NCBI GenBank assembly: GCA_963797555.1
Contig: CAWCPV010000006.1
Coordinates: 32,001-96,000 of the forward strand
Direction of reading: 5' to 3'
From: an uncultured Gammaproteobacteria bacterium
Lineage (GTDB): Bacteria; Pseudomonadota; Gammaproteobacteria; CAWCPV01
Length of the DNA stretch: 64,000 bases
Position numbers and translations under genes: made by a program. The notes under the pieces are model-generated. The model saw only the letters and a program-made list of their open reading frames with translations. It was not told the DNA's origin and made no database searches. Numbering within the stretch: the stretch's first letter is position 1; every line of letters begins with the position of its first letter. Shown piece after piece: positions 1 to 10,857 of this stretch.

Positions 1-229
1 ATCTCGGGCGCCTGAAGAGACCCCGAGGCACTCCGGGACGCGGCGCGGCATACGCGGCGGGCCCGCATGTGCTGAAGGTGCGGTTCTCAGGTCGCATCCG
101 GCAATGCCTGCCGACCTACGCTACAGAGCACGCGCGACGTACGCGCTGCGGGCGGGTGAGGCCGGCACTTCTGCGCCGAGGGCGCAGGCGGTGCCGACGG
201 CGTCCGCTCGCTCGTCGCTCGTCCACTCA

Positions 230-1189
230 TCACTGCGCGGGCGCGCCGGACGTTCGGGGCGCTGCACCCGGGGATCCAGCCGCCGGCGGGGATGGTGGGC
301 CCCCCGGTGCAGGCGCTGCGCTCCCCTGGGGAGCCGCGGGCGGTGGCGTCACGGGCGGGGCGGGTGGCGCCGGCCCTGGCCCAACCGGTGGCGCAGGCAT
401 GGGCATGCCCGGCGGCACCTCCTGTGCGGGCAATGGTGTCGAAGGCGCCGCAGGTGCCGGTCCAGGGGCCTGCTGGATGCGCGCAGGAGTCTCCTCACCC
501 GTAGCCCGCCCTTGCAGTGTAAACGCCATGTCGGTCCTCACGTGCTCTTCGGCGTAAGGGACCTGAGACGCCGGCACCGGGTCCTTGCCGACGCCGTATC
601 CCTTCCCGGGCGTGTAAAACTGGTGCTCGTTACCGGCCACCTTTTCCGTGGACAGCCAAAACCACTGCCCTCCCGTACTCAGCGGCCGCACCACGTAAAC
701 GGATACCCAGTACTGTCCGGGGGGAAGCCGCTGGCCGCCGAAGTTGATTACCAGCGTTCCGGTCTTCATCTCCTCGCCGCCGCTCACGGAGCCCATCACT
801 TTGTGTCCCCCGAAGGATCCCGGTAGACCTTCCCAGATCTCCGCCACCACGCTGTTGTTCTTGACCGCTTCGTTGGGCTGCCCACTCGCGGCGGCGTCCA
901 GGATCTCCGCAGCGTCGACCCACAACCGCGTTCCTTTGCTGGATCCCTTGCCCTCGGACGCAGTCTGTGGTCCGGCCTCGAAGCCGGGAGCGGTCAGCCT
1001 GTCGAGATAGTAGGGCTGCGTCGTGGTGAAATCGTCGAGTTGGAATGCGGACAGAGTCGACGCATCACTGAAGTCCTGCGCGATGAAGGCCCCCGCGTTC
1101 CCGTCCCATGGCTGATCCCAGATGATCTCGGCGGACACGACCGTGGACCACAGGAGCGCCGCAACAGGCATCGTACGTAGCCACACCAT
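230..1189 (-). CDS. Secreted hypothetical protein with Pro/Ala-rich C-terminal tail
   Basis: N-terminal signal peptide (VAALLWSTVVSA), globular aromatic-rich domain, low-complexity PAP tail. Confidence 0.7.
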   Translation of the reverse strand: MVWLRTMPVAALLWSTVVSAEIIWDQPWDGNAGAFIAQDFSDASTLSAFQLDDFTTTQPYYLDRLTAPGFEAGPQTASEGKGSSKGTRLWVDAAEILDAAASGQPNEAVKNNSVVAEIWEGLPGSFGGHKVMGSVSGGEEMKTGTLVINFGGQRLPPGQYWVSVYVVRPLSTGGQWFWLSTEKVAGNEHQFYTPGKGYGVGKDPVPASQVPYAEEHVRTDMAFTLQGRATGEETPARIQQAPGPAPAAPSTPLPAQEVPPGMPMPAPPVGPGPAPPAPPVTPPPAAPQGSAAPAPGGPPSPPAAGSPGAAPRTSGAPAQ

Positions 1190-1865
1190 TGTTCTTGTCC
1201 CTCAAGTCACCGGTCGGCTGTCCCGGCCTTCGGCAGGCCGATCAGCCGCCCTGCCTGAGACGAGGGCATGCCGCATACCGCGGCACATCGCTGCGTCTCG
1301 GCTCGGTCGGAATTGGACGCACCGCGTGTGTCGCCAGTCGGACCTGCGCGCAAGCTGATCCTGCGCGCGGCGGTTAGATTACCACAGCCGCGCGGACCCA
1401 GGCGTTCTAGACCTCGGGATCGCTTCGGCCCGTAGGCTAGAGCCCGCGGATTCCGAGGCCAGCAAGATCGTTTCCTCATTGGAACATCGGGACCAGAGCT
1501 TCGCGCGGCGGGTCGGCCGTATCCGGCGGCAGCTCATCGACAAGGACAGCCACGACCTGGTGCCGGGCGAGGTGCCAAGATTGACAGCAGCGGTGGCGCC
1601 CTCTTCAATGGGACACCCTCGCCCGCCGGCACGTCCTGCGCTGTCTGCTCTTGGACAAGTGACGGTCTCCGCGGGAACGACGCTGCACCGAACGCTGCGG
1701 TGCGCGTCGCCGTTCAATCGGAACGCGGCGCCACGGCAGAGTGTGGTGAAGCCCGTCACCTCATCCCGGGCTGCTGCGCCGTTGCGCACCGGCACGGCGC
1801 CGCGGTAGGCGGTCAGGATGAGCGGCCCCAGCCGGCGCAGCCAGGAACTGCTAGGCACTGCACAC

Positions 1866-2531
1866 ATGGCCTCAAGCACATCTTCGGTCGATCCCATCCA
1901 GGACCAGGCGAGCCTGGGTCGTTGCGCCCTGGCGACGGGATCCTTTGTCGCCCTGCTCTGGGTGATCTGGGCGGTCGGCGCCGCCCTCCACCTGCATCTC
2001 TACCGCTATGGCGTTTACCCGCGGGCGGTCAACGGTCTTCTGGGGATCCTGACCGCGCCCCTGATTCACGGCTCCTGGAGCCACATGTTCGCCAACACTC
2101 TCCCGCTGTTCGTGCTCGGAACGGCTGTCATATATGGTTACCCGCGCTCGGCGGCCATCGTGATCCCCGCCGTGTACCTCGGCTCGGGGCTGGGTGTCTG
2201 GCTGTTCGGTCGGGCCAGCTATCACATCGGAGCGAGCGGCCTCGCCCACGGACTGATGTTCTTCGTGTTCGTGGTCGGCATACTACGCCGGGACCGGCGC
2301 GCCATCGCGCTATCGCTGCTGGTGTTCTTCCTCTATGGAGGGATGGTCTGGACCATCCTGCCTTACGACCCAAAGGCCTCCTTCGAGTACCACTTGTTCG
2401 GGGCGCTGACCGGAGCAATCCTGGCGTTCCTGCTCAGGCATCGGGATCCTCCCCCGCCGCAGAAGCGCTACAGTTGGGAGGAAGAACCCGACGGCCCGGA
2501 CGAGGGGACCCCAACCCAGCCCGGGCCATGA
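1866..2531 (+). CDS. Rhomboid family intramembrane serine protease
   Basis: About 6 TM helices; HxxxN (HMFAN), catalytic GASG and HLFG motifs; alternative ATG at 1818. Confidence 0.9.
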   Translation: MASSTSSVDPIQDQASLGRCALATGSFVALLWVIWAVGAALHLHLYRYGVYPRAVNGLLGILTAPLIHGSWSHMFANTLPLFVLGTAVIYGYPRSAAIVIPAVYLGSGLGVWLFGRASYHIGASGLAHGLMFFVFVVGILRRDRRAIALSLLVFFLYGGMVWTILPYDPKASFEYHLFGALTGAILAFLLRHRDPPPPQKRYSWEEEPDGPDEGTPTQPGP

Positions 2532-2535
2532 GGGC

Positions 2536-3255
2536 CTACCTCACATCGCCGATAGCGTAAGTTACGGTGACCTCGGCACGGAACTCCAGCTCACCGGCCG
2601 CCACCGGGACGCCGGTTTCGCCCCTCGCCATCATCATCTGCGGTCGTATGGGTCCCGGCTTGGCCGCGGCCTGCTCGTCGATGTGAAGCACGCGGCCAAG
2701 AGCTGCTCCGGCCGCCTGGGCGTATAGTTCGGCCCTGCGCTTCGCGTCCTCCATAGCTTTGCGGCGGGCCTGGTCCATGAGGGCCGATGCATCCGCGACC
2801 GAGAAGCTGATGCTCTCCACGGTGTTCGCCCCTTCGGACACGAGCTGATCCAGCATCGCGCCGAGGCTGTCCAACTGCCGCACGGTGACTCGGACCTGGT
2901 TGGTCGCCTGATAGCCGACCAGCGTGCGCGGCTTCCCGGAGTGCTCGTACTCGTATCGAGGCGAGACGGCGAAGCTCACGGTCTGGACGTCTTCGTTCGC
3001 GATCCCGCGTTTAGCAAGCACTTCGAACAGCTTCTTCATGTCCCGCGTGTTCATCTGCAAGGCGTTGGCCGCGGCGGGCGCCTCCGAAGTCACGCCCGCG
3101 ACGACCTCCGCCGTGTCCGGGGTGGCGGAAACCTCGCCCGCCCCGACGACCGTGATCCCCGTCCCCCGGTCACTTCCGCAGTCGGCGGCCAGCACGGCGC
3201 AGGAGAGCGCCAAACCGAGTGCCAGCACCGCCGCTCCTAGCATCCTCCTATTCAT
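2536..3255 (-). CDS. SIMPL/DUF541 periplasmic protein
   Basis: Signal peptide; ITVVGAGEVSATPD, GYQATNQVRV, ARRKAMEDAKRRAELYA pattern. Confidence 0.9.
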   Translation of the reverse strand: MNRRMLGAAVLALGLALSCAVLAADCGSDRGTGITVVGAGEVSATPDTAEVVAGVTSEAPAAANALQMNTRDMKKLFEVLAKRGIANEDVQTVSFAVSPRYEYEHSGKPRTLVGYQATNQVRVTVRQLDSLGAMLDQLVSEGANTVESISFSVADASALMDQARRKAMEDAKRRAELYAQAAGAALGRVLHIDEQAAAKPGPIRPQMMMARGETGVPVAAGELEFRAEVTVTYAIGDVR

Positions 3256-3456
3256 ACTGGGTCCTCAGCAATCATGGTTGAGCCGTGCGCTATCATTGGT
3301 GGCCGCATGCTTTCCGTCAACCCAGCCGTCGCCCCATGGAACGGCAGCATCGTCCCGGAGCAGAATCTCCCGCGGTGGCTCGTCGACCCCGCAGCCGCCC
3401 TCCAGCTCGCTGTCCGGAACGAAACCTTGCGGGAGGACCGCCGCGAAGCCCGCCCG

Positions 3457-3906
3457 CTAGCGCGTCCTACCCCATTTCAGCACGTCCACCCTCACGCGCG
3501 CGTGCCCCGCGCCGGCGAACCTCAGCGCCCGCGCGGCAGCGAGCGAGAGGTCGATGATGATGCCCTTGCGCCGGAGCCTGCGGGAGGGCCCTCAATCGAT
3601 GATACGGACCTCGACCGAGCGGCCATTTGCGAGGTTGGTGACGCGGACGACCGACCCGAAAGGCCAGCGAGGGTGGGCTGCGACCAGCGCGTTCTTGTCC
3701 ATCCGCTCGCCGCTCGCGGTCTTTCTGCCATGCCGCTTGGGCCCGTAGAAGGTTGCCTCGCCCACGTGGCTTTCCAGGACATGCTCGTGCCGGGAGGCGT
3801 GATGACCAGCGGAGGGAGCCCCGCGGGCAGGCCCGGGCGCGCCCGTCGTCAGGGTGAAGAGCAACGCAAGCCAGAGGGCGCGAGAATGAGCAAAATGAGG
3901 TCTCAC
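3457..3906 (-). pseudogene. rlpA: RlpA-like double-psi beta-barrel lytic transglycosylase with internal stop
   Basis: GEATFYG..HGRKTASGE..AAH..PFGSVVRVTN; conserved IIDRGP reads IID*GP (TGA at 3592-3594); frame continues with IIDLS..AARAL to TAG at 3457. Confidence 0.8.
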
Positions 3907-4182
3907 CTTTAGCCTCTGCGGACGTGCCAACGCGACGGTCGGCCCCAATCAAAAGATAGTCTCCCGAGGCAGCTATGGGGCGGAAGAAGGTTGAATGCTC
4001 GCCCGAGGCTGGCGACCAAGGCACCACCGGCGCCGCATCGTGGCAACTGACTCGGCGGTCGCAGCACCGCGCGCGGGGCCGGGCCCCGGCTCGTCCGCAG
4101 GACGCCCCACAGGGGTGGGCGTACAGGGACGTACGCCGTGACCACCTCGAAACGCCGCGGTGGGGACGCACCGCAGATCGAT

Positions 4183-5688
4183 TCACGAACTCTCGGAAAC
4201 CAACGTCGGCCAGCGGCGGTAACTGCCGCACTCCTCGTCGGATAGCCCCTCCTTGAGGGCGTAGCGGCGCGGCGGGTGAAAGTGAGCAGCATAGAGAAAC
4301 GTCCAGGGCTGCCGGAACAAGCACACCTCCCCCCCGTCGGGAATGGCCCGCAGGACGCGTGGATCGAGGTGCTCCTGCATCAATGCCTCGACGGGGAAGA
4401 AACGCGGTAGCAGGTACCTGCCGTGTGTTACGGTGATGACCAGGGCCAGCGCCCCGCACAAGAGGAGTCCCAAGGCACGTCGAACAGCGACGGGATTTGC
4501 TGCAGCCGGCACCGACGGGTTGAACGCCAGGTACAGGTTCAACGAGACCAGAGTGATCATCCAGAACATATAGTAGCGAAGCGTGTGGGACTGGGGCATC
4601 ACGGAGGCCACGGCAGACATGAAGGCAACGAATAGGACGGCGACGAGGGTCTGCCCATCGCGAGAGCGCAGCGCCTGGTACACCAGCAGCGCAAGGTTGA
4701 AGAGCACGTAGACCACGGAGAAGCCGCCCATCGCAGATCCCATCGAGCCTCGGGGCATGTATTGGTCGATGCTCCAGCGCCTCGGGTCGGTGAAGGGCCG
4801 GATGCCGACCTCCAGCAAGGAAAGAAGCCAACGCCTGGCGGGCGATGCGTACACGAGGTATTCGGGCACGAAAGGAAGCGCTTGCCTGCCGGAAGGCACC
4901 GGCTCATTACCGTGAAGAGACATGCCGAACAGGTGAAGGTCCACGGGGAAAAGGGGGTTGTGGTAGAGGACCAGGTTCTTGATAGGGGTCAAAAAGATCA
5001 GCGGAAGCGCCATCAATGACAGTGCCAGGAGAACGGGCCGGCGTCCCGCGCGCATGGGTGTCTTGGGCTCCCCGTCCAGGAGGAGCAATCGCATCCCGAT
5101 GACGCACAGCGCGATGAACGCCAGTGGCATCAGTTGCAGCTTGGTGTTGACGGCGACCGCAGCCGAGATCGCGGCCAGCAGGAGGTTGCGCCCCGTTATC
5201 GAGTCTCGGCGGATCAGGAAGAGATACGTCAAGAGCAGAAGCGCCGACAGGGCGAGGTTGGCAGGCAAGTCGACGTAGCAGGCCGTCGCGTGGACCTGGA
5301 CCAACGGGATAGCGAGTAGACCAATGGTGGCGTATGCCAGGGGAATCCCGAGGCAAGTTCTCAAGAAGAAGACAAACAGACACAGCCCCCCCAACGCGAC
5401 GAAGTTGGCAGCCTGCAGCCTGCCGAATCCCCGCCACAGCAGACCTTGTAGAAACTCTCCGAGCAGCGGAAAGCCGTCATAGCGAAACGCCTGGCCCGTC
5501 GTGTAGGCGTAGTCCGTGGCCGGGACGATGCCGGAGAGTCTGGCGGCGAACGGCAGGTGGTACATCCAGGTGTCATAGGAGTAATCCACGTCCACCCATG
5601 CCTTCACGCTCAGCAGGAGGATCGCAAGGATGGCGACCACGTCGAGGAAGACGGGCAGGCCCCGTATCCGCGAGTTCGAAGAAGACAT
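4183..5688 (-). CDS. Polytopic membrane protein (possible GT-C-fold glycosyltransferase)
   Basis: More than 10 hydrophobic helices, YDTWMYHLP loop after TM1, YVDLP, NPLFP. Confidence 0.6.
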   Translation of the reverse strand: MSSSNSRIRGLPVFLDVVAILAILLLSVKAWVDVDYSYDTWMYHLPFAARLSGIVPATDYAYTTGQAFRYDGFPLLGEFLQGLLWRGFGRLQAANFVALGGLCLFVFFLRTCLGIPLAYATIGLLAIPLVQVHATACYVDLPANLALSALLLLTYLFLIRRDSITGRNLLLAAISAAVAVNTKLQLMPLAFIALCVIGMRLLLLDGEPKTPMRAGRRPVLLALSLMALPLIFLTPIKNLVLYHNPLFPVDLHLFGMSLHGNEPVPSGRQALPFVPEYLVYASPARRWLLSLLEVGIRPFTDPRRWSIDQYMPRGSMGSAMGGFSVVYVLFNLALLVYQALRSRDGQTLVAVLFVAFMSAVASVMPQSHTLRYYMFWMITLVSLNLYLAFNPSVPAAANPVAVRRALGLLLCGALALVITVTHGRYLLPRFFPVEALMQEHLDPRVLRAIPDGGEVCLFRQPWTFLYAAHFHPPRRYALKEGLSDEECGSYRRWPTLVSESS

Positions 5689-5845
5689 GAATCTCAAACG
5701 CACCTCTCTGGGCGCCGCGGGTGAACGTGAGCCGAGGCCGTACCGGCGCCGCGAAGAGCCGCCCAATGCGCATGAGCTCCCAGCGGGGGTCGGTCGAGCC
5801 TGGATCTCCCGGAGCGGGAGAGGAAGACTGGAGCACGCCGTGCGC

Positions 5846-6625
5846 TCAAGCCCTGATTCCCACCCCGCGGTTCAGCAGTACCAAAGCAGCCGCAAAAAGG
5901 GCCGCAATGAACAGCGATACGATCGCGAAGGCGCTGGCCAGGCCAACGTCGCTCACCCCCAGCAAGCCATAGCGGAAGGCGTTCACCATATAGAGGATGG
6001 GGTTGAGCAGGGAGGCTCTCTGCCAGAAATCCGGCAGCAAATGAATGGAGTAGAACACGCCGCCCAGATAGGTGAGCGGGGTGAGAACGAAAGTGGGGAC
6101 GATGGAGATGTCGTCGAAGCTCTTCGCGAAGATGGCGTTGATGAAGCCTCCCAGCGAGAACAGGGCCGCCGTCAGCACCACCACGCACATCGTCACGGCC
6201 CAGTCGTGCACCCTGAGATCGGTGAAGATCATGGCGACGGTCGTCACCGCCAGGCCCACGACGAGCCCCCGGGCGACCCCGCCCGAGACGTAGCCGACGA
6301 GGATGATCCAGTTGGGAATGGGCGACACCAGCATCTCTTCCACGTGGCGCAGGAGCTTGGCACCGAAGAATGACGACACCACGTTGGAGTAGGCATTGTT
6401 GATGATCGCCATCATGATGACTCCCGGCATGATGTAGTCGAGGTAGCTGTGGCCCGCCATGTCGCCGATGCGCGGTCCCATCAAACGTCCGAAGATGACC
6501 AGGTACAGCCCCATGCTGACGGCTGCGGGCAATATGGTCTGAACCCAGATCCTCGCAAAGCGCCGGATCTCCTTGAGAGCGATCGTCTCAAAGGCGATAT
6601 AGTTCCTTCGAGCGAGCGGACTCAC
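5846..6625 (-). CDS. ABC-2 type permease (YadH-like)
   Basis: KEIRRFARIWVQTILP, NAYSNVVSSFF, LNPILYMVNAFRYG; overlaps the ATPase stop. Confidence 0.92.
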   Translation of the reverse strand: MSPLARRNYIAFETIALKEIRRFARIWVQTILPAAVSMGLYLVIFGRLMGPRIGDMAGHSYLDYIMPGVIMMAIINNAYSNVVSSFFGAKLLRHVEEMLVSPIPNWIILVGYVSGGVARGLVVGLAVTTVAMIFTDLRVHDWAVTMCVVVLTAALFSLGGFINAIFAKSFDDISIVPTFVLTPLTYLGGVFYSIHLLPDFWQRASLLNPILYMVNAFRYGLLGVSDVGLASAFAIVSLFIAALFAAALVLLNRGVGIRA

Positions 6626-7602
6626 CGCTCGGCGGGCTCATAGTCGAGCGCCTGCGCTTGCGCCTCCGGAACCGGCGTGCGCGCCCGCCCATCTCCGCCT
6701 GTCAGTCTGATGAACAGCTCCTCGAGGCGATTGGTCTTGTTGCGCATACTGGGCACCTCGATATCGCGACTGGACAGCTCGGCGAACAGCCCGTTGACGT
6801 TCTGCTCTTTGGATACGTCCGCCTCCAGCGTGGTGGCATCCAGCCAGCGCACGGCGTAGCCGGGAAGGCTGGGAGCGGCGTCCAACGGGCTCTTGAGGTC
6901 CAGCACGAAGGTCTCCAGGTGCAGCTTATTGAGCAGCACCTTCATCTTCGTGTCCTCGATGATTTCGCCCCCATCGATGATGGCGATGCTCTTGCAGAGG
7001 CTCTCCGCCTCCTCCAGATAATGGGTGGTGAGAATGATGGTGGTGCCGCCGCGGTTGATCTCCCGCAAGAAGTCCCACATCGAGCGCCGGATCTCGATAT
7101 CCACGCCCGCCGTGGGCTCGTCCAGGATCAGCAGCCTGGGCTCGTGGACCAGGGCGCGGGCGATCATCAGCCGCCGCTTCATCCCGCCCGACAGGTCCCG
7201 AGCCTGGCTGCGGCGTCTGTCCCAGAGGCCGAGCTGGCCCAGATAGCGCTCGGCACGCCGCTGCGCCGTATGCCGGTCGATGCCATAGTAGCCTGCCTGA
7301 TTCACCACGATGTCGATGACCGGTTCCCAGACGTTGAAGTTGATCTCCTGGGGAACCACGCCGATGTGAGCTTTGGCAGCCGCGAGATCGACGTCGGTAT
7401 CGGTACCGAAGACATACACCTTGCCGCGAGTCTTGTTGACCAGCGAGGTGACGATACCGATCAGCGTGGACTTGCCGGCGCCGTTGGGTCCGAGCAGGGC
7501 GAAGAAATCACCCTCGTCAACGTCCAAGTCGACGCCTCTCAGCGCCACAGACCCAGTGCGGTAGGTCTTGTGTAGGGCGCGGATAGTCAGCGCACTGATC
7601 AT
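6622..7602 (-). CDS. ABC transporter ATP-binding protein (YadG-like)
   Basis: GPNGAGKST, LSGGMKRR, LILDEPTAGVD, TTHYLEEAE, MRNKTNRLEELF. Confidence 0.95.
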   Translation of the reverse strand: MISALTIRALHKTYRTGSVALRGVDLDVDEGDFFALLGPNGAGKSTLIGIVTSLVNKTRGKVYVFGTDTDVDLAAAKAHIGVVPQEINFNVWEPVIDIVVNQAGYYGIDRHTAQRRAERYLGQLGLWDRRRSQARDLSGGMKRRLMIARALVHEPRLLILDEPTAGVDIEIRRSMWDFLREINRGGTTIILTTHYLEEAESLCKSIAIIDGGEIIEDTKMKVLLNKLHLETFVLDLKSPLDAAPSLPGYAVRWLDATTLEADVSKEQNVNGLFAELSSRDIEVPSMRNKTNRLEELFIRLTGGDGRARTPVPEAQAQALDYEPAER

Positions 7603-8011
7603 GCAGGCGAGTCCCGGGGGTCAGAGCTGTCGGCAGCGCATTATACAGGCCGGCCATCGGTCCCAGCTCACAACTAGCATCGATTCAAGGCCAGTCTCCG
7701 TTGTTTTCTCGTTGTTTTGTAGTCGGCAACGCGGCGCGCGAGCGATGTCCATGAGGAGGCCGCAGCCGTCCGCCGCTGCGCGGCCGAGCCGGTACCGATG
7801 CTGCTGTACCGTGGCGCCGGCCCGAACGTCCACGCAGATCTCTCGAATCGCTGGAAGGCGGGAGTAAAGGCGGCCTCCCCCAGCGTGCTGGGGCACCGTC
7901 GGAGCACGATCCGGTCCCTCCCAGACACCGAGCCCCTGCCATGCTCATCCGCCACCCCGGCACACGCTCGGGCGCGCCTGGCCGATGGGCGCCGCGATTC
8001 CGATGCTGTCA

Positions 8012-10147
8012 TCACAGGCGGATGGGGAGACGCCGCACCGGCGTCCCGGTAGCGGCGAACACTCCATTCGCCACCGCAGGCGCGATCGGCGGGGTGCCGG
8101 GCTCGCCGACCCCGCCGGGGTGCTCGTCGCTCCTGACGATGTGCACCTCCACGGCCGGCATCTCGGCGATGCGCAGCATCGGATAATCGTCGAAGTTGCC
8201 CTGCTGAACCCGACCGTCCTTGACCGTGATCTCGCCCTTCAGGGCCGCCGTAAGCCCGTAAACGATTCCGCTCTGCATCTGCGCCTCGATGGTGTTCGGG
8301 TTCACCACCGTGCCGCAATCGATGGCGCACACCACCCGATGGACCCGTACGTCCTTGTCTGCAACGGAGACCTCGGCGACCTGGGCGACATAACTCCCGA
8401 ACGAGTGGGCGACGGCGATACCTCGTTGACGGCCGGCCGGCAATGACTTTCCCCAGCCTGCCTTCTCGGCGGCCAACTGCAGCGCCCCCAGGTGCCGGGG
8501 ACTGCTCCCGAGCAGTTGGCGGCGCAACTCATACGGGTCCTTGCCGAGGGCAGCGGCCACTTCATCGAAGAAGCATTCCGTCACATAAGCGTTTTGCGAG
8601 CTTCCGACGGAACGCCAGTACCCCACCGGCACCCCTGGATTCACCATCGCGTAGGTAACCTCCAGGTTCGGGATCATATAGGGGATATTGGCCGCTGCCT
8701 CCACGGAAGATTGGTCGATGCCGTCCTTGATGCGACCCGGGGCAGCGCGGGCGCTGATGGACGGACCGGCGATCCGATGCACCCAGGCGACCAGGGCGCC
8801 GCCCTCCCCGAGCCCTGCGGAGAAGCGGCTGTAGGCGGCAGGCCGGTAAAAGTCGTGGCGGATATCGTCCTCCCGGGTCCACATCACCTTTACCGGCGCC
8901 TTGACGGCCTTGGCGATAGCCACGGCATCCTCGACGAAGTCGGTCTCCCCCCGGCGCCCGAACCCGCCCCCCAGGAACGTGGTGTGGACCCGGATGCGTT
9001 CGGGCGGCAGCCCGGTGATCTTCGCTGCGACCTGCTGCGTGGCGCCCTGGGCCTGGGTCGGGACCCAGATGTCGACGCCGTCCGCCCGCACGCCGGCAGT
9101 GCAGTTCATGGGCTCCATGCACGCATGGGCGAGATAGGCCACCTGGTAAACCGCATCGAGCGTCCTGGCGGCGCCTTTCAGGGCCGTCATGGCATCACCC
9201 TCGCGCCGAGCCACCACGCCCTTGTCCACGGCCTCCCGGAAGCGCCGGAAGATCTCGTCGCTGCTCAGCGTCGCATTGGGTCCTTCGTCCCAGTCCACCT
9301 TCAGGGCATCCCGCCCCTGCTTGGCGGCCCAAAAGCCGTCTGCGACGACCGCCACGCGGTCCCCCAGATTCACGATGTCGCGCACGCCGGTCACTTTCTT
9401 GGCGGCGCTCCCCTCCACGGACCGGACGTTGCCTCCGAACACCGGACAGCGCTGCACCGAGGCAATCAGCATTCCGGGAAGCCTGACGTCCTGACCGAAG
9501 CGCGCACTGCCGTCGACCTTCGCAGGCGTATCCAAGCGAGCTTTGGAGGTGCCGATGATCCGAAACTCCGGCGGCTCCTTGAGAAATACGGTCTGCGGCA
9601 CCGGCAATGTCGCCGCTTTCCCGACCAACTGACCGTAGCGCAGCCGCCGCCCGGTGGACTCGTGAATCACCTCACCCGCCTGGGCGCGGCAACTCCCCGG
9701 GTCGACGCCCCAGGTCGCGGCCGCCGCCTGCACCAGCATCTGGCGACCGGCGGCGCCGGCCTCACGGAGCTTCTGCCAAAAGCCCCGCACGGCGGTGCTC
9801 CCGCCGGTGAGCTGACGGCCGAGGATGGGATTGACGTAGGCGTCGCCGACCGGGGCGAACTCCGCGCGCACCTTGGACCAGTCGGCGTCGAGTTCTTCGG
9901 CCACGAGCATCGGGATGGAGGTCATGACCCCCTGCCCCATCTCCGAGCTTGCCACCCTGATGGTGACCGAGTCGTCGGGGTCGATGCGGATCCACGCATT
10001 CGGCTCGAAGGTCTTCTGCGGCACGGCGGTCTCCGCGAGTCCGTCGCGCACGAACGCAGGGAGATGCATCCCGATGAGGAGCCCGCCTCCCGCGGCGGCG
10101 CTCACCTTGAGGAAGGTCCTGCGGTCCATCTCGGGCCCGTCCGCCAT
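8012..10147 (-). CDS. Xanthine dehydrogenase family molybdopterin-binding subunit (isoquinoline 1-oxidoreductase beta-like), Tat-exported
   Basis: DRRTFLK twin-arginine signal; [31 protein letters not shown]. Confidence 0.92.
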   Translation of the reverse strand: MADGPEMDRRTFLKVSAAAGGGLLIGMHLPAFVRDGLAETAVPQKTFEPNAWIRIDPDDSVTIRVASSEMGQGVMTSIPMLVAEELDADWSKVRAEFAPVGDAYVNPILGRQLTGGSTAVRGFWQKLREAGAAGRQMLVQAAAATWGVDPGSCRAQAGEVIHESTGRRLRYGQLVGKAATLPVPQTVFLKEPPEFRIIGTSKARLDTPAKVDGSARFGQDVRLPGMLIASVQRCPVFGGNVRSVEGSAAKKVTGVRDIVNLGDRVAVVADGFWAAKQGRDALKVDWDEGPNATLSSDEIFRRFREAVDKGVVARREGDAMTALKGAARTLDAVYQVAYLAHACMEPMNCTAGVRADGVDIWVPTQAQGATQQVAAKITGLPPERIRVHTTFLGGGFGRRGETDFVEDAVAIAKAVKAPVKVMWTREDDIRHDFYRPAAYSRFSAGLGEGGALVAWVHRIAGPSISARAAPGRIKDGIDQSSVEAAANIPYMIPNLEVTYAMVNPGVPVGYWRSVGSSQNAYVTECFFDEVAAALGKDPYELRRQLLGSSPRHLGALQLAAEKAGWGKSLPAGRQRGIAVAHSFGSYVAQVAEVSVADKDVRVHRVVCAIDCGTVVNPNTIEAQMQSGIVYGLTAALKGEITVKDGRVQQGNFDDYPMLRIAEMPAVEVHIVRSDEHPGGVGEPGTPPIAPAVANGVFAATGTPVRRLPIRL

Positions 10148-10148
10148 C

Positions 10149-10613
10149 TCATGCCTCCTTGGCAGCCAGCTCGGCGGCTCTCTTGATGGCGCGCCGGATG
10201 CGCTGGTAGGTCCCGCAGCGGCAGATGATGCCGGTCATGGCCTGATCGATGTCCGCGTCGCTCGGCTGGGGGGTCTTGGCGAGCAGGGCAGCAGCCGTCA
10301 GGATCTGCCCCGACTGGCAAAACCCGCACTGAGGCACGTCCTCGGTAATCCAGGCGCGCTGTACCGGGTGGCTCCGGTCCGCCGACAAGCCCTCGATGGT
10401 CACGACCCGCTTCCCGGCAACCGCCGACAACGGGGTCACGCACGAGCGCACGGCATCGCCATCGACCTGCACGGTGCAGGCCCCGCACAGGCCGACTCCG
10501 CATCCGTACTTGGTCCCGGTCATTCCGAGCACGTCCCGCACGGCCCAGAGCAGCGGCATACCGGGATCGGCCTCCACCTCCCGTTTCTCTCCGTTCAAGA
10601 CCAGTTGGACCAT
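10149..10613 (-). CDS. (2Fe-2S)-binding small subunit (IorA-like)
   Basis: [18 protein letters not shown] and [15 protein letters not shown]. Confidence 0.95.
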   Translation of the reverse strand: MVQLVLNGEKREVEADPGMPLLWAVRDVLGMTGTKYGCGVGLCGACTVQVDGDAVRSCVTPLSAVAGKRVVTIEGLSADRSHPVQRAWITEDVPQCGFCQSGQILTAAALLAKTPQPSDADIDQAMTGIICRCGTYQRIRRAIKRAAELAAKEA

Positions 10614-10857
10614 AGACCCTCCTTGTGCCGGAGCCATCGGGACAGGGGTTCGAAACACTAAGCGAGCATCATACGCCAGGGCGGCGCCTGTTCAATCCGA
10701 GCCCCCTGGGCCGACATCGGCTAGCGCTTGGGTTACGATTGCCACGAGCGGGCTGCTGCGGCGCCGGCTGTGGGGGGTGCGGCGCCCTCGATCCGGCCTC
10801 TAGCTGCTTCAGAGGCGGAAGGGGAAGACCGGCGGCCGATCGACGGAGAGCGAGACC

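Noticed and set aside
3592-3594. TGA as selenocysteine in rlpA
   Set aside because: The position is a conserved Arg (DRGP), not Cys.
7740-7850. Possible ankyrin-repeat remnant ([11 protein letters not shown])
   Set aside because: One short degenerate match with no supporting ORF.
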